Below are positions 25,912 through 40,466 of a DNA stretch of 64,000 bases, piece by piece. Each line of letters starts with the position of its first letter. Within the stretch, counting starts at the first letter, position 1. Position numbers and translations under genes: made by a program. Under the pieces are notes generated by a model. That model was not told where the DNA came from and made no database searches. It saw only the letters and a program-made list of their open reading frames with translations. Source of the stretch: Chrysomallon squamiferum (taxonomy: Eukaryota > Animalia > Mollusca); NCBI GenBank assembly GCA_012295275.1, contig CM022667.1, forward strand, positions 7,440,001 through 7,504,000, in the 5' to 3' direction.

Positions 25912-27712
25912 AATAAATAAATAAGTAAATAAAATATAATATGATAAAACAAAACAAAAAAATAATAAAATAAAACAAAATAAAAATAATAAAAATAATA
26001 AATAAATAAATAATAAAAAAGAGAAAATTACGTTTTGAGAGATTTGTGTAAGAGATGAAGCTGGAAGAGTTCTCTTTCTTCCTGTTTGCGAACTCTCTCA
26101 TGCAGGAAGTCAATAACTTCATCAATTTCCTCCTCACTCAGATCTCCGGGGGAACGAAAGTGAAATGCCAAATCAGAAAACTCGACCATCACCCCAGTTT
26201 TTGATGCTCCTCCTAAAACATATCAACATACTATAAAGATATGTTGCAGATGAAAAAGTTTTAAAATAAACATACAGTTTGCATTTTTGCTTTGAGTGTA
26301 GCCACTGATTTACTATTTAACTTGTGTATAATTCAAGAAATCTGTAAAGAAACAAATTACAAATGTACAAAACTAATGAAGAATAACTGTTGTGTAAGAA
26401 TTTCCTAAACTGAGTTATTTCCCCTGTCCCTATCTCTCTGATGAGCAGTCAGGTTTTGACGTAATTATTCACTCTGAGATGGCCAGCTATTGTTATTTTT
26501 TTTTCAAATAAAAAATTAGGGTAAAGGCAACTGTCTAACCACCCAAAAAAACAACAAAAGAAAACAAAAAACAGTAGAAATAATCCTTTCTGTCAGAACT
26601 TGATAGATATTGTTCTCTTTGAATAATTATGTTGTAGCCTATGTTTTTTTTATCTCCCTAATTATCGGAGCACCTGCTTTTACATTTTTAAACAGCTCTG
26701 TTGGATACACTAAGTTACAACAGACTTGTAACAGTTACCTGTCATTAGAAGCATCTGTTACGTACATGAAAAAAGAAAAAGACGCAATATTAAAAAAATT
26801 CTGTGTGTTTGTGTGTGAGACTATTTGTGTGTGTCTGTGTATATCTATATATCATTATATGAGTGCATGTTTATCTGTATCTGTGTATATGTGTGTGTTT
26901 TTTTGGGTGTATGTGTCTGTGCATGAACAAACATAGTAAATACATTGTAATTAATGTTAACTAGGAGATGAATGCATAAAAAAATTTTTCATTGTCATTT
27001 CAGAGACAGTAATGATTTCATAATAGAAAAAAAAAAAAGAAGAATAATCAAATAAGGGAATCATTGATTACATCAGGGTTTTTTTATTGCAATATTTTAT
27101 TATCAACAAAGATTTGCCACCTATCTCAAATATTTTATTAGTAGTAAATATTAGTCACCTGTAATACAGAAAAAAATTGTATTTCAACTAAAAGAAAAAT
27201 TCAAGTGAAATATTTATTTCAAGTTAATTTATATTAACAGAAAAATATATTTTTTTTCTTAATGGACCTGAACAAAAAAAACATATTTCCACTAATAAAT
27301 CTATAAATGCTATAAATAATAAGTTATTTAGCTGGCTAATCACTAACACAAATGTTTGTTAGACTAGCTGTTTTCTTTTCTCTTTCCATTCTCAGGTTGC
27401 AGGGAAATGAAAGATCTGATGTCTTCAAAGCTGACATGAGAATGGAAGATGAAACACTTGTGAGAAGAAAGGTCAATATAATTTGATTATTCAGTAAAAA
27501 GGAATCATGTTCACGTAACACTTTGATTTGTAACAGAATTATCTTCATTGTCCAAGTCTATATTGAGACAGAGGATTAAATGAGATTAATTAGGAAGTGA
27601 CATTTCAGTTAGCAATAATAGGTTAATTATATACTATTGTCCTTACAGCATCAGCATATATATATATATATATAATGTGTGTGTCTTTAGTGTAGGTGTT
27701 TGAGAGATAGAC

Positions 27713-27806
<94 letters not shown>

Positions 27807-29875
27807 TAGATATGTGTGTGTTTATTTTGTGTTTCTTGTTTGCCTCTCTTGCTTGATATTTATGTCTCTTTGTATATATGTGTTGTGCAGTGTGTGAGTA
27901 TATGTGTCTGTGTGTATTTGTTTAAAACATTTATATACTGATGCATTTGAAGTCTGAAGAAGATTGAAAGTTTTCTCTTACATCATCTGTTTCACTAATC
28001 TTTTTCTTCTAACATTTATTGATTTTAAAATCTGCTGAAAGAAAGAGAGCACAAAAAAACCACAACAAAAATGTTTTAGAGATGAATGTTTTCACCCACC
28101 AACAAAATGTCATTATACTGCTACATTTTCACTTCACATGAATAATGCTGCTTAGTAAAAGAAGGCAAAAATGTTGAGTCAGCAGAATTCTTCTTTCACA
28201 TTAAAACACATGTAATGTCTGTAACTTCAAAAATATTCTTTTTGTGATTTAAATAAATGGTGACAATACTTTACACTGATGTTTTGGTGTTTAAGTTCAA
28301 CGTACCTGGTTGCAGATTCCACTGTAGTAGTCGTAGTTCCCGTTTCACTGGCCCAGAGTCCCAGCCCATGCTGTCACTCACTTCAACAACATCAAACTCA
28401 ACACTGCTGCAGTCACCAAACATCTTACCCTCCATTCTCTGCCTCGCTATAGCAACCGCGACTGGTGGGCACTGAATTAATGTTTTTATTTTTATTTTTA
28501 GTATTAGTATTATACTGATATCATATCAAACACACACATCACAAATACGCACATATACCTATACACAAATACACATATTTAAAACTTATCTATTCTTTTT
28601 ATGTCATGTATTAAGTTTAATAATAATAATAATGTTAATAATAATGATAATAATAACAACAACAATAATAATTATAATAAAAACATTTAATGGGTATGGT
28701 TTATATTTTAAAAATTCTAATGTGTATGCAGTATTTCACTATGTAGAAGTTCTTGTATTCTATTCACTTTATTCAGTGAAATACTCAGTAAATTAATACT
28801 GAGTTAATTAAATTTAGTGTTTGATGTAAAACATTCAAATTGTGTTTTAAAAACTGTGATGTCCTAAAGAAGATAAAAATAAACTTAAAATAACAACTCT
28901 CAGTATAAAAGCATTATAAAAAAATACCTAATAACACTGATATAAAAACATTAATTACTTATTCACATATAAATTTTGTGACCACTAATCTCAGCATCTT
29001 TTAACAAGAGATTAAAATAGACAACACTACCCTCCAAAATTAAATTGTTCTCAAAACATAAAAAGAAAGAAATAGTTTGAACAATTTAATTTGTTACAAA
29101 AGTCTAGAGAGTAAATTGGTTCATGTAAGTTCTGCTAAGAATGGAGTCAGAATCAACTGTTCTTCATAAAACATTTAGAGAATTTAATTTTCCTATGACC
29201 TTGTCTCAAATCATACTGAATTAATTTTTGTATATTATAATTATTGTAATATATATATATTATTTTATAATAAATGTATTTTCACTGTTTGGGTGAAGGT
29301 GGACTGAGATGTCAGACAGTAATGTTATAAATATATAAGAGTTTATTAACTTCACTTGACAACACAGTACCTGAACAGACTAACTACTTTTAATTTGAAG
29401 TATTGTCCTTAAGTTTATTTACACCATAAGCAAAAAACAAAAGAATAACTATTTATTTAATTATTTCAATTATTTTCTCATTGTAATATCAAAATGAAAT
29501 AAAGATTATAATTCACTTAAAATGATTAAACAGGAAACTAAAATTAATTTTTTCAACCTTTTTGGCGACAGCCTGGAGCTGGGCGGGGCCTGCGTAACAC
29601 TGGAGTCTACACGTGGAGTAGACTGGCTGCAGGTTCTCCAGCCACTCATACCCGTGAAGCTCTAGATAACACAGCAGTGTGGAAATTCCTGCAAAATAAT
29701 GAACACAACAATATAATAACTAAACAAAGAAAACAACAAAATAAGTAAATATAAAAGAGGTAATTTCACCTTCTTCTCTCACATCGAGTGTGTTCACTGT
29801 GTGCTGGATAGAAAGAGCTCGCTCATGTCCCGGACACACCCGGTCAGCAGACGTCCCTCGGCTAGAACTCTCATC
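25009..29875 (-). CDS. RECQL4: ATP-dependent DNA helicase Q4 (RECQL4), last six coding exons (5' part not seen in window)
   Basis: Minus-strand exons 29875-29770, 29688-29558, 28471-28306, 26212-26032, 25688-25538, 25251-25009 join in frame (978 nt including TGA). Translation [105 protein letters not shown] matches the RECQL4 zinc-binding/C-terminal region. Helicase core exons are absent from the window. Confidence 0.93.
27716..27801. repeat. (GA)n microsatellite in a RECQL4 intron
   Basis: Pure GA run of about 43 units. Confidence 0.97.
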
Positions 29876-30215
29876 CTGAAATAAACACACAAATAAAACT
29901 TTCATTTTCTCAGAAGTTTCTCTGTGTTGAGTTAACAAACGTTTAGAATTTCTGCAAGTCATTAACAAATTTCAGACATAAGTTTTCATCTGCAGTTATA
30001 AATGTTTGAAGTTGAAGACTTCAGCATACAGTTATAGCCATACTAAAACTATAAAAATGCTGTTAAAACAAAGTTGCCAGCCATTCCATATAAACATAAA
30101 ACTTGTTTCAAAACAGAATATTTGAACATTAAAAGAACAAAATGTTTTGCTATGATTATGTTAGGTTGACATCCAGAATGTTTATTTTTAAATTTCTGCC
30201 AACTTTTGTCTTGGT

Positions 30216-30621
30216 AAATTGTCTACGATCTTTTGAAAATTATTATTTGTTATTTGATTTTTTAATTGGGTGTACATAATGATTTCTTTCAGTGTAACAG
30301 GTTTGTTTGTTGTTTGTTTTTTTTAGGTTTTTTTTATTCTACTTTTTTTTTTAAAGAATTTTTAAAAAATGTCTTTCTTGATTCTAAATGAAAGAAATGC
30401 CATTAATTATATTTAAATATTAGTTTCTGTTTTATATATATATATAAAAAAAATAGAATAAAAATACAACTAAAAATAAAAAAAACCCAAACAAACCTGT
30501 TACACTGAAAGAATCCATTATGTCATTATACACCCAAACAAAATTAAAATAAAAAATCAAATAACAAATAATAATTTTCAAAATATTGTAGACATTTATT
30601 AATTATATTTAAATATTAGTT
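30216..30621. repeat. Long imperfect inverted repeat (foldback) with an associated 24-bp direct repeat
   Basis: Left arm GTCTACGATCTTTTGAAAATTATTATTTGTTATTTGATTTTTT...TTCTTTCAGTGTAACAGGTTTGTTTG is the reverse complement of the right arm CAAACAAACCTGTTACACTGAAAGAA...AAAAAATCAAATAACAAATAATAATTTTCAAAATATTGTAGAC. ATTAATTATATTTAAATATTAGTT occurs at 30402-30425 and 30598-30621. Confidence 0.88.
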
Positions 30622-33600
30622 ATATATATGAAAGAAGACACATCTTAAAGAAACTGAGTAAAGATAGATAGTCAAATAAAACCGATCACAGAGTCTGAAC
30701 TTTTGAAAACAAACAGAAATGTTCAGAAATATCATCACTAATATATTTTGTACCAGATTCTTTATTTTTAATGACAAACTATAAACAATACTCTGTCCAC
30801 ACCAGACTGACTGTACTGAACTTTAGAATTAATGAAAATGGGAGAAATGCAAACAGAAATTATTGAAATAGAAAGATTTGGTTTCTGCCCTTTTTGGTGA
30901 AATGGTGGATACTGGAGAGAACAGTATGATAAAAACAGACAATATCAGACATCACAATAGACTGTCAAGTTATAAGTTACTGTTTGTTATTAGCATGAAG
31001 AAATTAATAATAACAATCTTCCCATAGACAGTGTTTGATCAATCAGTGGCTAATGGTCCAAACATAAACAATAAATCAGTAAACCTAGAAAGAAAAAATT
31101 GTAACTAAAAAAAAAAAAAAACCTTCTCTGTCTGGAATTAAAAAATCATTTTGTCAAACTTTTTTTTAAAAATGTAACAGTAAAGTATTTTTGACTTATT
31201 TTTCACTGAAAATTCAATTTTGTACTTTTACAACAGAGTGCTTGTTATATCAGATTTGACTGGTCAAATGATTTGAAGCTGTCAGTCTGATTGGTCGAGC
31301 TTCATTAATAAGCATAAAGCAGGATATTTTTGTCTCCTCTCAAATGGCACAAATAACCTGAAGACAAATTTAGTAACCTTGAATAAAAAAAAAAGGAAGA
31401 AGAAAAAATATATCTGACATTTTTTTGTTTCCTTCAGTCTGTAAGTAAAACTGTGTTAAATGTGCTGTTATCAGGCAGTAAATTTAAAGTACAAATTTTC
31501 TTCTTCTTCTTCTTTTTTTTTTTTTTTTTTACAAAACTGCACTTTATCAATCACCTCATGTCTTTTAAACTTAACTTAGTAATTTGCCCTAATCTGTTTA
31601 AAACATTCCAACTTCTCTTGAAATCTTCATGAATTTGACAAATCTTGATAAACCTAGTTGCTGATTTTCTGTTTGATATATTTTGTTTTTTCATAACAAT
31701 CATTGTTTATCTGTTTCAAATGTCAGTTGTCTACATTGTTCTAGAGAGGAAAAAAAATAAAAGAATAATAATAATAATAATAATATATATATATATATAT
31801 ATATATGTAGGAGAAACTTTATGTCTACTCCTACCAATTTACTTCCAGTCACAATTTAGATTTAGGGATATGATTATGAAGATGTAAATGTCAGAAAAAT
31901 TATTATTTTGATTTTCAGAGTCATTATCACACAAACAAACAGAATTTAATAAATTACTTTTTACAATTTGCTTTTAAAATCAGTGCTTCATAATCCGTGA
32001 CTTTTTTAGCCAGAACAGATGACATCAAATCAAATTTTCAATAAAAAAATCAAAGACATTTTTTTTTTTTTTTAAATTTGTTAAAAAAAGTCAGGTTAAT
32101 TTTATATTATAATATTAGTGTATTAAAATATTGCAAACAAACACAAATTAAACTTCCCCCAAATATCTATTACTTTCATTTCCTTGGAAACAAACACTAT
32201 AACCGATTACAAATTATAATAATGAAATCTATTATGGATACCGTATCATAATCAGTACAACACCAAAAAGGTGATGAGAATATGTTGAAATATGTGATTC
32301 AACCTCTTTAAGAACATAATGAATTACATAATCAGACTTTTCATAGAGAACTGGTTGGAATGGGAAATCTGAACCTAGTTCACCAAGAAAATCTGATCCT
32401 GTGACTTTCATCTTTCTTGTGCTTAGCTTCATGTTAATAATGTCAGAAGTGTTTGTAGTAGAAACACAGTACAGGAAACTAAACAACATTACTTTCTGAT
32501 TTGAACAATGGTGGCATGTCTCTTTCTGTGACTGCTAATCACATCACAGGCTTGTAGATAGGTTAAAAAAACAGGCAAATGATTGTTTCATTATTTTACA
32601 AGACAAAGTTAAACATCAAAATAACTTCTATATCAAAGTGCAAAAATGAACCAAATAGATAAAAAAACAAAACAACAAACAACACCCCCCCCCGACATGA
32701 ACAACAAAAAAACAAAAAAAAGAATAAAAAAATAAAACACAAAGAATAATACATAAATCCATAAATTTTCAGGTAAAGTTTCCCTTTAATAATTAATTCA
32801 CACCAAGTTTAGACTCAAACGAATTAATTTCTTTTTCCAAATCTGTCTTTGAAACAAAATATCTACCACATTAACTGATATTATAATCTTATTTGAAAGA
32901 TAAAACATATGAAAGAGAATCATGACTGTAAGAAGAGAAGTATTGTTTTCATTCAGTGTAACAAAATAAAGAAGTCAAGGTTGTTTTTTAAGTGAAACAT
33001 TTTTAATGAAATGGTCACTCTGTGTTGGTCAGAAGAGAGACAGATTTCACTTCACTTAAAAGCTTCTCCATTTTTTTTCTATTATCTCACATGCAATTTA
33101 ACCAGTTAATGAGGATAAATTGATATTAGTTCTTAACTGACACACACAGTTAACCCTTTTACCCTTGAACATTGTAAGCTGGGTTAAACATATTTCCATG
33201 TGTGTATAAGCATGTAGTGATTTTTTTTGATAAGTGCGTATGTATGTAATTTTTTGTGTCTGTCAGTGTGTACTTGTGTGTATGTCATAAATAAAATGAT
33301 TGAAACCAGCCTGCAAAAGGAAAACATTTTGCTGACAAAATCAGAAGATACATATACACTGAAAAAAACTGGCATGCTATTATCTAAAACACATATGAAA
33401 TGAAAAAGTTGTACATTTGAGATTCTTCCATTAGTAAAGTGTCCCTGCCAAGTCAAAGCGTGCTGTACTCTTTGACATGACATGAAAATGTTCTCTGTTG
33501 CTAATCCAGTAATCACTGTTCTGTCACAGCTTACTGATCACTTCCTGATCCACAACACAGCACACTGATTAGCAGCAGTCAGGTGAGTGTTTGAAAACAG

Positions 33601-34910
33601 AATAGTTTAAATTAGTTTAAACCCTGTGAATACCAGTGTGTTTTGTGAATAAAATAAACCTATCACATGCTTGTCTGACTGCAGTGAGACACGTGAATGG
33701 GTATCAGAGAGTGATCTGTGTAATTCATTTTGTAATTCGCTCTCACTGATTCACAGATTACACTTATTAATACTTGACTGAAATTATTTTGTGATGGAAG
33801 ACAGTTAACCACTTAACCATTTATTGATGTTTTTTCAGAATCATCTCAGAAAAGACTGGGTACTTGTAGTAGCAGTTTGCCTCATTTAAGAGAAAACAAA
33901 CCCAAAACCACCACAATGCTTCAGAAAGAATTAAAATGACTGACTGTTTTGGGCAGGCATACACACACACATGCACACACACAATAACATAAGCATATAC
34001 AGTTATCATTTAGAATACATTTTTACAGTGCTGCTTTTAAACAGTTAACAAACAAGTTGTTTCTCCAACTACTACATTCAAACACTTTAAAATGGATGAT
34101 GGGTTGGTTATCAGCTGTTTTAGTTCAGTTTAGAAAACAATCCAAAAATAATATAAAAATTTATATGACATTATGATTATCTTTCTTACTGAAAACACTA
34201 TTAACTCTGTGAATTCAACACTAAACAACTTTGACAAGTTAGAACTCGTATAAAATTAACCTCATTTTTCAAAAACTGTCTATTAAATATATCTGACAAA
34301 ATACTGAGAATTCATAGAATACTATTAACTATGTGAATTCTATAGTAAATATATCTGACAAAATAAGTTTAAAAAAATACTGAAATGTGGCTTCTGTATT
34401 AAATATATCTGACAAGATGTGGTCAGATGGTTTTGAGAATTTGTAATAACATGTTTACATAATGATGTCCAGTGGACAGATTTGACCAGTAGAAAAACCC
34501 AGTTTGTAATTATCACAGATAATAGCATGCTTCAACTAAGACCATCACGAACTGGTCACCTCATGCATCACTTCCAGGCAATTAAACTGCCCACTGTCCA
34601 CTCAGACACAATTACTTGCTTGATGATTTAGACTCTTCTGAGAAACAAGATGAAGTGTTTAGACTGTGACAAACATAATTTCTCACATTTCAAGTTAGAG
34701 GGAGGAAGAACAGTTTATATTCTAAGCTTGCTTATCATGGCACAAAATCTATGTCTGACAGATCTGTGGCAGACAGACGTACAGACATACAAATTTGTAT
34801 GAGATATGTCAGCAGCTTCAGATGTTTCATTTGCAATAGAAATAAATATAATTAACTATATAATAATTTGAAAATGCAATGACTAGAGGTGTCCAAATAG
34901 ATATCTGTTT

Positions 34911-34931
34911 ACACACACACACACACACACA

Positions 34932-35004
<73 letters not shown>

Positions 35005-35090
35005 GGGTTGTCTTGATGGCCAATTAGTAACATTGTCCACCTTCAGAGTGCAGGTGAATGAGTGCGATATCAGACACACATAAGACAGAG

Positions 35091-35146
<56 letters not shown>

Positions 35147-35163
35147 ACACACATACACACACA
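34911..35163. repeat. Compound (CA)n/(CT)n microsatellites
   Basis: (CA)n(CT)n(CA)n at 34911-35002 and (CA)n at 35093-35163. Confidence 0.95.
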
Positions 35164-36794
35164 GGAAAGTAGTATGATATGGCTATTTAGTTATTATAAT
35201 AAACAGATATTTGTTACATTTCACACCAATACCACTAGACCAAGAAAATGTCTCAATCAACATGAAGAACACACACGAAAACAAAATAAAAAATTACTTT
35301 GGTTTGAAGTTTTCAGAAAATTTACTATCACATCTGTTTTTTAAAAAATGCTAGATTTTTTCATGCAAATAAGTTTTGAATATTTAATTATAACATGAAA
35401 GATGCAGTTAGGCTCTGCATGTTCTGATGGTAGTTTTTAAATTAGTGTATTTCAAACTGCTAAAGTGTCTTTTATCTAATTATGACTTTCAATCTCGAGA
35501 CACTGGATTCAACCCAGAACTGGATACACTTATTCGCACTCACTTCATCTTTATAACCCAGAAGTAAATTAATCTCCACTAATCTGATTGTTAGTAACTG
35601 TACACAAATAGCTGCACTTGTATCAGAGATGATGTAAATACAGTGTCAGTGCTGTCTCTGTTTAATAAAAGCAAACAGATTCAGGCGATGATGTCGTTTC
35701 TGTAATGTCTTATTTTCATGTTACCTAATTTTCTCAGCCCAGCACAGAGCCAGAGGACATCTCTAAACCAATCTCTCTCTACCACTAGTAGACTGCTGCA
35801 CTAATTCTATTACTTTTATTATTTATTATTATTACTTTTTAAAACATTTTATAATCAGTGTTTTCAGCTGATAGCTACATAACTGTTCTTATTTCTAAAT
35901 GTCTAAGTATTATCCCATTCCAAACAGTAACTGTTAATATGTCACCAGCTACACATCCCTGTGTTTTGTAAACATACAGTGATTGTTTTAAAACACATAT
36001 AAACACAAAAAAATAAAAACTATTTTGTCACGAAGTGAAAAACTTGTTAATTCTGTACTGTATTTTAGTAATTTTTCAGATTTTCAGTTTAATTAGCTCA
36101 ACAAATCAATCATCAATAAAATTCATAAATAATAATGATAAAATAACTAAATAAATACACATAAAAAAAAAAAAAAATAAGCTCTTGAAAATTTTCAGCA
36201 GATTGCAATTTTTTCTTTCTTAGAATTTTAGGATTTAAAAAAAACAACAGAATTAAATAAACAAGTAAGTAAAGTCAATTTAAATTTTATGACATTAAAT
36301 AAAACAAGTTTACAATAGTAAACTCTTAATAAAAATGGATTCTGCCATTGTTATAAGACAAATGAGATGCAAATAACAATAATATTTTTTTTAGAAATAA
36401 CAAAAAATAAAAACAACAAAGAAACAAACAGTATCTTTCAGAATTACTGAGGCCAAACTAACATTTCAACTATTTTCAAGTAAAGAATAGATGGAAAAAA
36501 AAGAAAAAAAGTAGAGACACATGTACACAGACAATGATTAGCATCAAGAACAAAATTAATAAAATTGCAGTATTAAAAAATATTTTTTGAAAACAGCAAC
36601 ACATTTACATAACAACACCAATTAAACACAATTCAGCGGATTATTAGTTACCTCTCTTTAAAACTGGGACATGAGAAAGTAGGTCAGATGTACTGTTAGT
36701 TAAACATGCTAAACATGTCTGTATCACACTCTAATTACTTTGTGAGCACAGACAAACTCGGTCATTTGTCTACATTAAGTTACTCATCTATCAG

Positions 36795-37237
36795 ACTTCA
36801 TTCACTACTGTCACTTGTAACACTTCATTCACTGGTACAGTGTTACACTGCCACTTGTAAAACTTGTTTTACTGGTACAGTGTTACACTGTCACTTGTAA
36901 CACTTCATTCACTGGTACAGTGTTACACTGCCACTTGTAAAACTTGTTTTACTGGTACAGTGTTACACTGTCACTTGTAACACTTCATTCACTGGTACAG
37001 TGTTACACTGTCACTGGTACAGTGTTACACTGTCAGTTGTAAGACTTCATTCACTGGTACAATGTTACACTGTCAGTTGTAAAACTTCATTCACTGGTAC
37101 AGTGTTACACTGTCAGTTGTAAGACTTCATTCACTGGTACAATGTTACACTGTCAGTTGCAAAACTTCATTCACTGGTACACTGTCACTTGTAAAACTTC
37201 ATTCACTGGTACAGTGTTACAATGTCACTTGTAAAAT
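36795..37237. repeat. 40-bp minisatellite (~11 copies) with an internal palindrome
   Basis: Unit CACTTCATTCACTGGTACAGTGTTACACTGTCACTTGTAA, containing CAGTGT-T-ACACTG. The first copies alternate A/B variants. Confidence 0.93.
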
Positions 37238-38527
37238 GTCATATATTATATCTGGTTTTAAAGGATCAAAAACTGGAAAAAACCTGTAGCTATATCTAAT
37301 TAGGGAATTTAAGAGGTGTAATAGAAATCATTTCTCTTTATCTAACAAAAATACTATTTTGATAATAATAATTTAGAAATGTTAGATCTGATACATGAGT
37401 TGGATTGGGAAATAGCTGGAAGTGTGATGTAAGGAAAACTACTGATCCAGGCACAGTCACATCTGAGACAAACTTGACTGATCTCATGTCTACAGATCAA
37501 CACGTTGTGTTACTAATTGAACTGTGATACAGTTCAGTCAGACACTGACAGAAAACATCTTCAAACTGCTAAACAGAACAGATGTTTATTTAATTTGAAC
37601 TTACAGGAAAAGATGTCTGGAACAATAACAACAGGCGACAGCTATGAATGATTAATCTACATCTGTATATTATTAACCTAAAAACTCTATTTGTTACAAA
37701 ATGTTACAGCAGAATAACCATTTAAAACAATTCATTTGAAATCTAGCAACAAACTACAATATTAAAAACAAGTAAAAGATTTCATTCCAAGTGTTTTGTG
37801 AAAACTTATAAGCTTATTTCAGTAAAAATTATATGGTTTAATACTATCTTTTATCATTATTTTACTCTTATGAATCTTAAATAATTGTAAACATATTACA
37901 ATAAAAATTAAAAAGGAAAATGTCTTGTTTTTTCACTGTGATCATTTATGTTGAAAATAAATAATTGATAAAACCATTTTGAATGTTTTTTTTTAAATAG
38001 GGTTAAAACAAAAATTCAAATATATAAATAAAAAATTACGACAAATTAAAATTACCCCCCCCAAAAAAACCCCAAGAAAAACTGAAAAAAAAAAAAAAGT
38101 TGAAAGACAAAGAAAATAAATTGAAAAGTGAAATGTCAAGGATAAAAACAAGATAAAAACAGTTTAGTATAAATGATTCAGTTTTCTCCTGTCTCTGTGA
38201 GAGTTGTGAAATGAGAAATGAGAATCTGAAATCAAATCTTTATAAACTTTCTTGTCTTGAGTATTAACCAGCAACCAAACAGGTTTTAAAAAATGGAGAC
38301 ATCAGAACTATGTTAAATTAACTCTGAACTGGGGTAATTTTTCTTGTCACATTTTCTTTCTTCTTTCATTATTTTTCTTCCTTTCTTTCTTCTTCTTTCT
38401 TTCTTTCTTTATTTATTTTGTCTTATTTTAATTTATGTAAACAATAACTATCAAGGACATATTCAAAATGTATCTGATGTGTCTAATTGGGTTAGCATGT
38501 TAGTTAATTAAATATTTCCCTGTCTGT

Positions 38528-39315
38528 CTGTACAGGTTGGTATGTTAGTAAATAAACCAAATATGTCATTGTATGTCATTACAGGTTAGCATGTTAGTAA
38601 ATAAAACAAATATGTCTCTGTATGTCATTACAGGTTAGCATGTTAGTAAATAAACCAAATATGTCATTGTATGTCCGTACAGGTTAGCATGTTAGTAAAT
38701 AAAACAAATATGTCACTGTATGTCATTACAGGTTAGCATGTTAGTAAATCAAACAAATATGTCATTGTATGTCATTACAGGTTAGCATGTTAGTAAATAA
38801 AACAAATATGTCATTGTATGTCATTACAGGTTAGCATGTTAGTAATTAAAACAAATATGTCATTGTATGTCCGTACAGGTTAGCATGTTAGTAAATAAAA
38901 CAAATATGTCATTGTATGTCATTACAGGTTAGCATGTTAGTAAATAAAACAAATATGTCACTGTATGTCATTACAGATTAGCATGTTAGTAAATAAAACA
39001 AATATGTCACTGTATGTCATTACAGGTTAGCATGTTAGTAAATAAAACAAATATGTCATTGTATGTCATTACAGGTTAGCATGTTAGTAAATAAAACAAA
39101 TATGTCATTGTATGTCCGTACAGGTTAGCATGTTAGTAAATAAAACAAATATGTCATTGTATGTTCCGTACAGGTTAGCATGTTAGTAAATAAAACAAAT
39201 ATGTCATTGTATGTCATTACAGGTTAGCATGTTAGTAAATAAAACAAATATGTCATTGTATGCCTGTACAGGTTGGTATGTTAGTAATTAAGCATAAACA
39301 TCACTGTATGTCATT
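38528..39315. repeat. 49-bp minisatellite (~16 copies)
   Basis: Unit ACAGGTTAGCATGTTAGTAAATAAAACAAATATGTCATTGTATGTCATT. Confidence 0.96.
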
Positions 39316-39955
39316 ATAGCTTATCACTAAGATGTGTTCAAGATGAAGCCTTCCAATTTCCTATTCCTTTAACTTAGTTTTATGTGTTTATCAGCAATCT
39401 TTGTTAAAAATAAAGTGAAATCATTTGTTTTATTTTTCTATGTATAAAAATTGATAATATCAAGATTAAAAGAACCCCACCAAAACCCCCCACAAAAAAA
39501 CATCTTCATTAGATACTTTTTTGTTATAATATTATTAGTAGTAAAGATTAGCTGGCAGAATAAAAACAACAAACTAATACAAAGAATTCCTCCAAACACT
39601 GGATTAACTAAGATGTATTTAGATGTGAACTACTGAAATGACATTAATATAAAAAGCTCACTGAAGGAAAAGTGAAAAAAAAAAAAAAAAAATAAGTGAA
39701 AGAATAATTTTGTTTTCACAGAGTTACAGTTTTAGCAACAAACTGAGGCTGAACTGTGCAGTTTTTGGATAATGGTTGAAATGCCTTTAATGGTTTCATT
39801 TAATCTGTTGACAAGAGAAAATAGGCCAAGCAAAAGTATTTAAGTGGAATGTGTGTGAAGTAGCCAAGTCACAAATTAATCAAAGTATGAATCAGACTGT
39901 GATGTCAGTAAAATTGTAATAACTTTAAAAAAAATAAAAAATTCTTTTGCTTTTT

Positions 39956-40081
<126 letters not shown>

Positions 40082-40423
40082 TTTATACTCACTTTATACA
40101 CTTTTAAATTTATTATTACCACCATTGATTATTAATAAAATGTCAAACTGAAACAGTAAGAAGTCAGGTAAGTTAAACAGTGAAAAAGGAGAATTCAAAA
40201 CTGGTATTTACACTCTTGTCAGTTGTTCATAATTAGCAGCTTTTCTCTGCAAGTAAACAAACCTGGTAAATTTACTTTTTCTTGTTTACATCTTCATCAA
40301 TAATATTGACTAACTTGCAGTTGCTATCTTTCTAATAATAATATGTATGTGTGTATGTGTCCCTATATGTATGTATGCATGCATGTGTGTGTGTGTATGT
40401 GTCCCTATATGTATGTATGTATG

Positions 40424-40425
<2 letters not shown>

Positions 40426-40466
<41 letters not shown>

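Noticed and set aside
25850-26137. 95-aa hydrophobic minus-strand ORF as a membrane protein
   Set aside because: It is the wrong frame of a RECQL4 exon running into a T-rich intron.
33150-33187. TTAACCC...GGGTTAA as a piggyBac remnant
   Set aside because: Only a 7-bp inverted match around 24 bp, which is compatible with chance.
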